A stretch of 35,515 nt of DNA. It comes from Nemertoderma westbladi (taxonomy: Eukaryota > Animalia > Xenacoelomorpha). Position 1 is the stretch's first letter, and every line of letters begins with the position of its first letter. Positions 32,769-35,515 of this stretch are shown here, in pieces. The position numbers and the translations under genes are program-made. The stretch lies in the NCBI GenBank assembly GCA_032718475.1, contig JAUCBJ010006320.1, positions 1 through 35,515 of the forward strand, read 5' to 3'. Under the pieces are notes generated by a model. The model worked only from the letters and a program-made list of their open reading frames with translations. It was not told where the DNA came from and ran no database searches.

Positions 32769-33843
32769 AAAACAAACTTCACAATTTTCTATTTTTTTTT
32801 CATTGATATAACGGCCCACACCGCTTTATGGAAAACATTATAGCGACTATAGAAAATACATAAGCTGAAAAGTATACAAGCTAAATCTAAATGTAATCTA
32901 ACATAAAATATTCCAAATCTTGGCTACCCCCGACAATATTAAACCGACAATTATATATTAATATCTATAATATATATATATATAATATGCTACATTAAAA
33001 ACAATCTAAACAATAATCTATAAAATAGAAGCACAAATAATACAAGGACCTTTGGGTCGAGAGTCCCAAGTCGAACAATAACGCTAAGAAACTACTTACG
33101 GAAATGTTTACATGTAAACAAACAGACAGCAACCATAGGATTAGTTGTATTAACAATATACTCTAAAGTCATCAATTTATAAAGCAAATTTATATCAACA
33201 ACTGAAGCTTAAAGCGCATTAATGCAGTGTGACATAGCTTACATTCAATATACTGTGGTGTGTTTACGTTATGTTTGACTAACTGACTGCAGTATAAATA
33301 TATCGATTTAAGATTAAAATTACTTGAAATATTGAACACTTCCAATAGTAAAATAGCCTTATAATGTTACAAAGTCAGGTATCTATGCAAAATTATAAAA
33401 TCGTGGGTATTAATGATATAAAAAGTTTGGGTACCTATATATATTTTAACTTACTTATAATAACTGTGTTATGTAACCGAAACCCACAAGTCATATAATT
33501 AAAAACGTTTGCAAAATATATTTGATAAATAACTTTCCGAACTTTTAACTTTACATTTTTTATTCCCCACCAGTTGTCACGGTAACCTGCAACCAAGTAT
33601 GAACGAACATGGATGACCTCAAACAGGTTATTACAGAAATTATTTAGATAAATTAGATTAATTCTCAGAAACAATCCAACAGAAAATACCAACGATATCA
33701 ATATGTTACGTAATAATCGTAAGATCGCACATTTATTTACTTATTTTTAAGAAATCTGCACATTTTATTAAACAAGTAAAGCCGATGAAGGAATTAATAC
33801 AATTATCTTTAATACCAAAGTTATAGGAATATATACTGCACTG

Positions 33844-35148
33844 CTAACGACTTAAGGGGTGGGCTGAGCTTGGGGACGAGTTAGAGTCGAATGGGGGAAC
33901 CAGCAGGTTCGATGAGGTGCCTGGTAGACTGGCTGGTAACGCGGTGGCGGCTGGGGATGTTCGGAAGGGGGGTTCCGGAAGGCCGAAGTTGTGGCTCATA
34001 GAACGCAGACCTAGGGGGGAGTCAATGTCTAGGGAGATATGTGGGGGGAGCATGGAGGGGGCTGAGGAGGGCAGGGGGAAACCGGGAGGGAGACACAGAC
34101 TGGGGCCTATTGGTATACCGGAGCCCATCATGGTATTGGGAAGGAAGTCGAAACGGTCGCCATTCCCAACGAGTCTGTCTATAGAGAACCCAGGGGTGAT
34201 CAGTGAGTGGCGCCCCCCTGGGGGGAAAACGTTTAGATACGGGCTGAGGGGGAATGATGCTGGATGCATGGGGGGCAGACACTGCGGGGGCAGCGGGGGC
34301 AGCCCCCCTGGCGAGTAGACCCCCGGCCCTCCCAAGGGGTGGTGGTTCATCATCATTGGGGAGGAGTGTGGCCACATCCCTAGGCCGGACTTCTCGGTGA
34401 GTACGTGGCGTTTCAGGGCCTGGAGACGGTTGCGAGAGGCCGTGGTGCGACGTCGTAACTTACCGGTGGTCCCCCCGATAAAAACGTCGTCGCAAGAGGG
34501 ATCCAGCATCCAGTAGTTGCCCTTCCCGGGGTCGTCGTAGTGCCTTGCCACTTTGACGAAGCACTTGTTGAGACTGAGGTTGTGACGGATGCTGTTCTGC
34601 CAACCCTGTTTGTTGTCCCGGTAATAAGGGAAATGTTTCATAATAAACTCGTAGATTTGGTTGAGTGTGAGCCGCTTTTCCGGACTCTGTTGAATCGCCA
34701 TCATTATCAAAGCGTTGTAGGAGAATGGCGGTTTTACCAGTTTCGGCTTCCCATCTTTATCTTCGGCGGCTTCCGCCGTTCCATCCGATTGGGGTTTCTT
34801 CGTCGATTCCGTGACGTCATCATCTCCTTCAATTACGTCACAATCACTTATTCCGGGCGTCTCATCTACGTTAGACGGGTCATCATCATTGTCGTATTCT
34901 ATGTCGACGTCCAACTCTGCTTCCTCGAGAAAGTCCCGGTTGTCCTTAGAGAAGCCATTTGTGTGGCCTTCCGCAATGTAGCTGTCGCTGATTTCCTCTT
35001 TAACGGCGAGCTTTTCTTTATTTACTGCAGTGTCAGAGAGAAGTGCGCTGATACTGAAACTGTGCTTGGTAGCGGTGTTAACAGAAGGCGTTGCAGGGTT
35101 GGACAAACTCATTTTATTTGCGTCAGCAGCCCAAACCAAAACCATCAT
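33844..35148 (-). CDS. FoxG: Forkhead box G transcription factor (FoxG/BF-1/sloppy-paired class), single exon
   Basis: Forkhead domain [14 protein letters not shown]...[37 protein letters not shown] followed by the FoxG-diagnostic [15 protein letters not shown]; N-terminal eh1 motif FSISALL; C-terminal FSIDRLV. An alternative start ATG at 35112 has the better context (AAAATG). Confidence 0.97.
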   Translation of the reverse strand: MMVLVWAADANKMSLSNPATPSVNTATKHSFSISALLSDTAVNKEKLAVKEEISDSYIAEGHTNGFSKDNRDFLEEAELDVDIEYDNDDDPSNVDETPGISDCDVIEGDDDVTESTKKPQSDGTAEAAEDKDGKPKLVKPPFSYNALIMMAIQQSPEKRLTLNQIYEFIMKHFPYYRDNKQGWQNSIRHNLSLNKCFVKVARHYDDPGKGNYWMLDPSCDDVFIGGTTGKLRRRTTASRNRLQALKRHVLTEKSGLGMWPHSSPMMMNHHPLGGPGVYSPGGLPPLPPQCLPPMHPASFPLSPYLNVFPPGGRHSLITPGFSIDRLVGNGDRFDFLPNTMMGSGIPIGPSLCLPPGFPLPSSAPSMLPPHISLDIDSPLGLRSMSHNFGLPEPPFRTSPAATALPASLPGTSSNLLVPPFDSNSSPSSAHPLSR

Positions 35149-35254
35149 AAAATATCACAAATAATAGAACTTAAAATCGCCCGTAAAATTAAAAAGTTTT
35201 CCAAACAAAATATTAAAATACACCGCAAAGTAACTGTAAACTAAATAAAATATT

Positions 35255-35370
35255 CTAATCTGACTGATTCTATATCAACTGCCCTGTCCAATCACATTCA
35301 ATCTTTCTGCCAACGAGTTAACATTGTGTACAAGTGGCAACCTAACTCTAGGAATTAGCCAATCACAGCC
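35255..35370 (-). promoter_or_regulatory. Candidate FoxG core promoter
   Basis: Two CCAATCAC boxes (35288, 35359; reverse orientation to the gene) and an Inr-like TCAGTC on the minus strand at 35267-35262. Confidence 0.35.
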
Positions 35371-35515
35371 CATCGCCTTGTACTGCGGAAGCCTCTACAG
35401 GTTTTGGCACCTCCTTTACAACACAATTCTAAAGTCACCACCACCAGCTCCCAAGAATAAACAAATTAATCATAGAATTATTCAAACATCAGCAGGATTT
35501 AGTTCTTGAATTTCT

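Noticed and set aside
33814-33820. miR-9 seed match ACCAAAG near the FoxG stop
   Set aside because: It is on the plus strand, antisense to the FoxG mRNA.
33917-35244. Plus-strand ORFs of 133 and 234 aa
   Set aside because: Antisense to the FoxG CDS; no independent evidence.

Overview
Repeat-rich animal (probably invertebrate bilaterian) genomic DNA. The only clear host gene is an intronless FoxG (BF-1/sloppy-paired class) forkhead gene on the minus strand at the right end. The ~33 kb 3' of it is a gene desert containing: (i) a very young 7.39-kb BEL/Pao-type LTR element (12948-20337, minus strand) with two 520-bp LTRs identical by eye and a CATGC target-site duplication; (ii) decayed non-LTR retroelement fragments (RTE-X-like and RTE-like); (iii) a Helentron-associated-type non-autonomous element with long inverted repeats, a (GAC)n tract and CTCF-like motifs; (iv) eight unrelated minisatellite arrays; (v) two GC-rich, motif-dense non-coding islands that may be enhancers. 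The LTR element is the most unusual feature. It encodes Gag and an aspartic protease but no RT, RNase H or integrase. Where pol should be it has an in-frame membrane-anchor-like tail, internal poly(A) signals and an array of hairpins. It has no TGG-type tRNA primer site; the 9 nt next to the 5' LTR are instead complementary to its own LTR, which suggests self-priming. All alignments and family calls were made by eye; no database searches were run.
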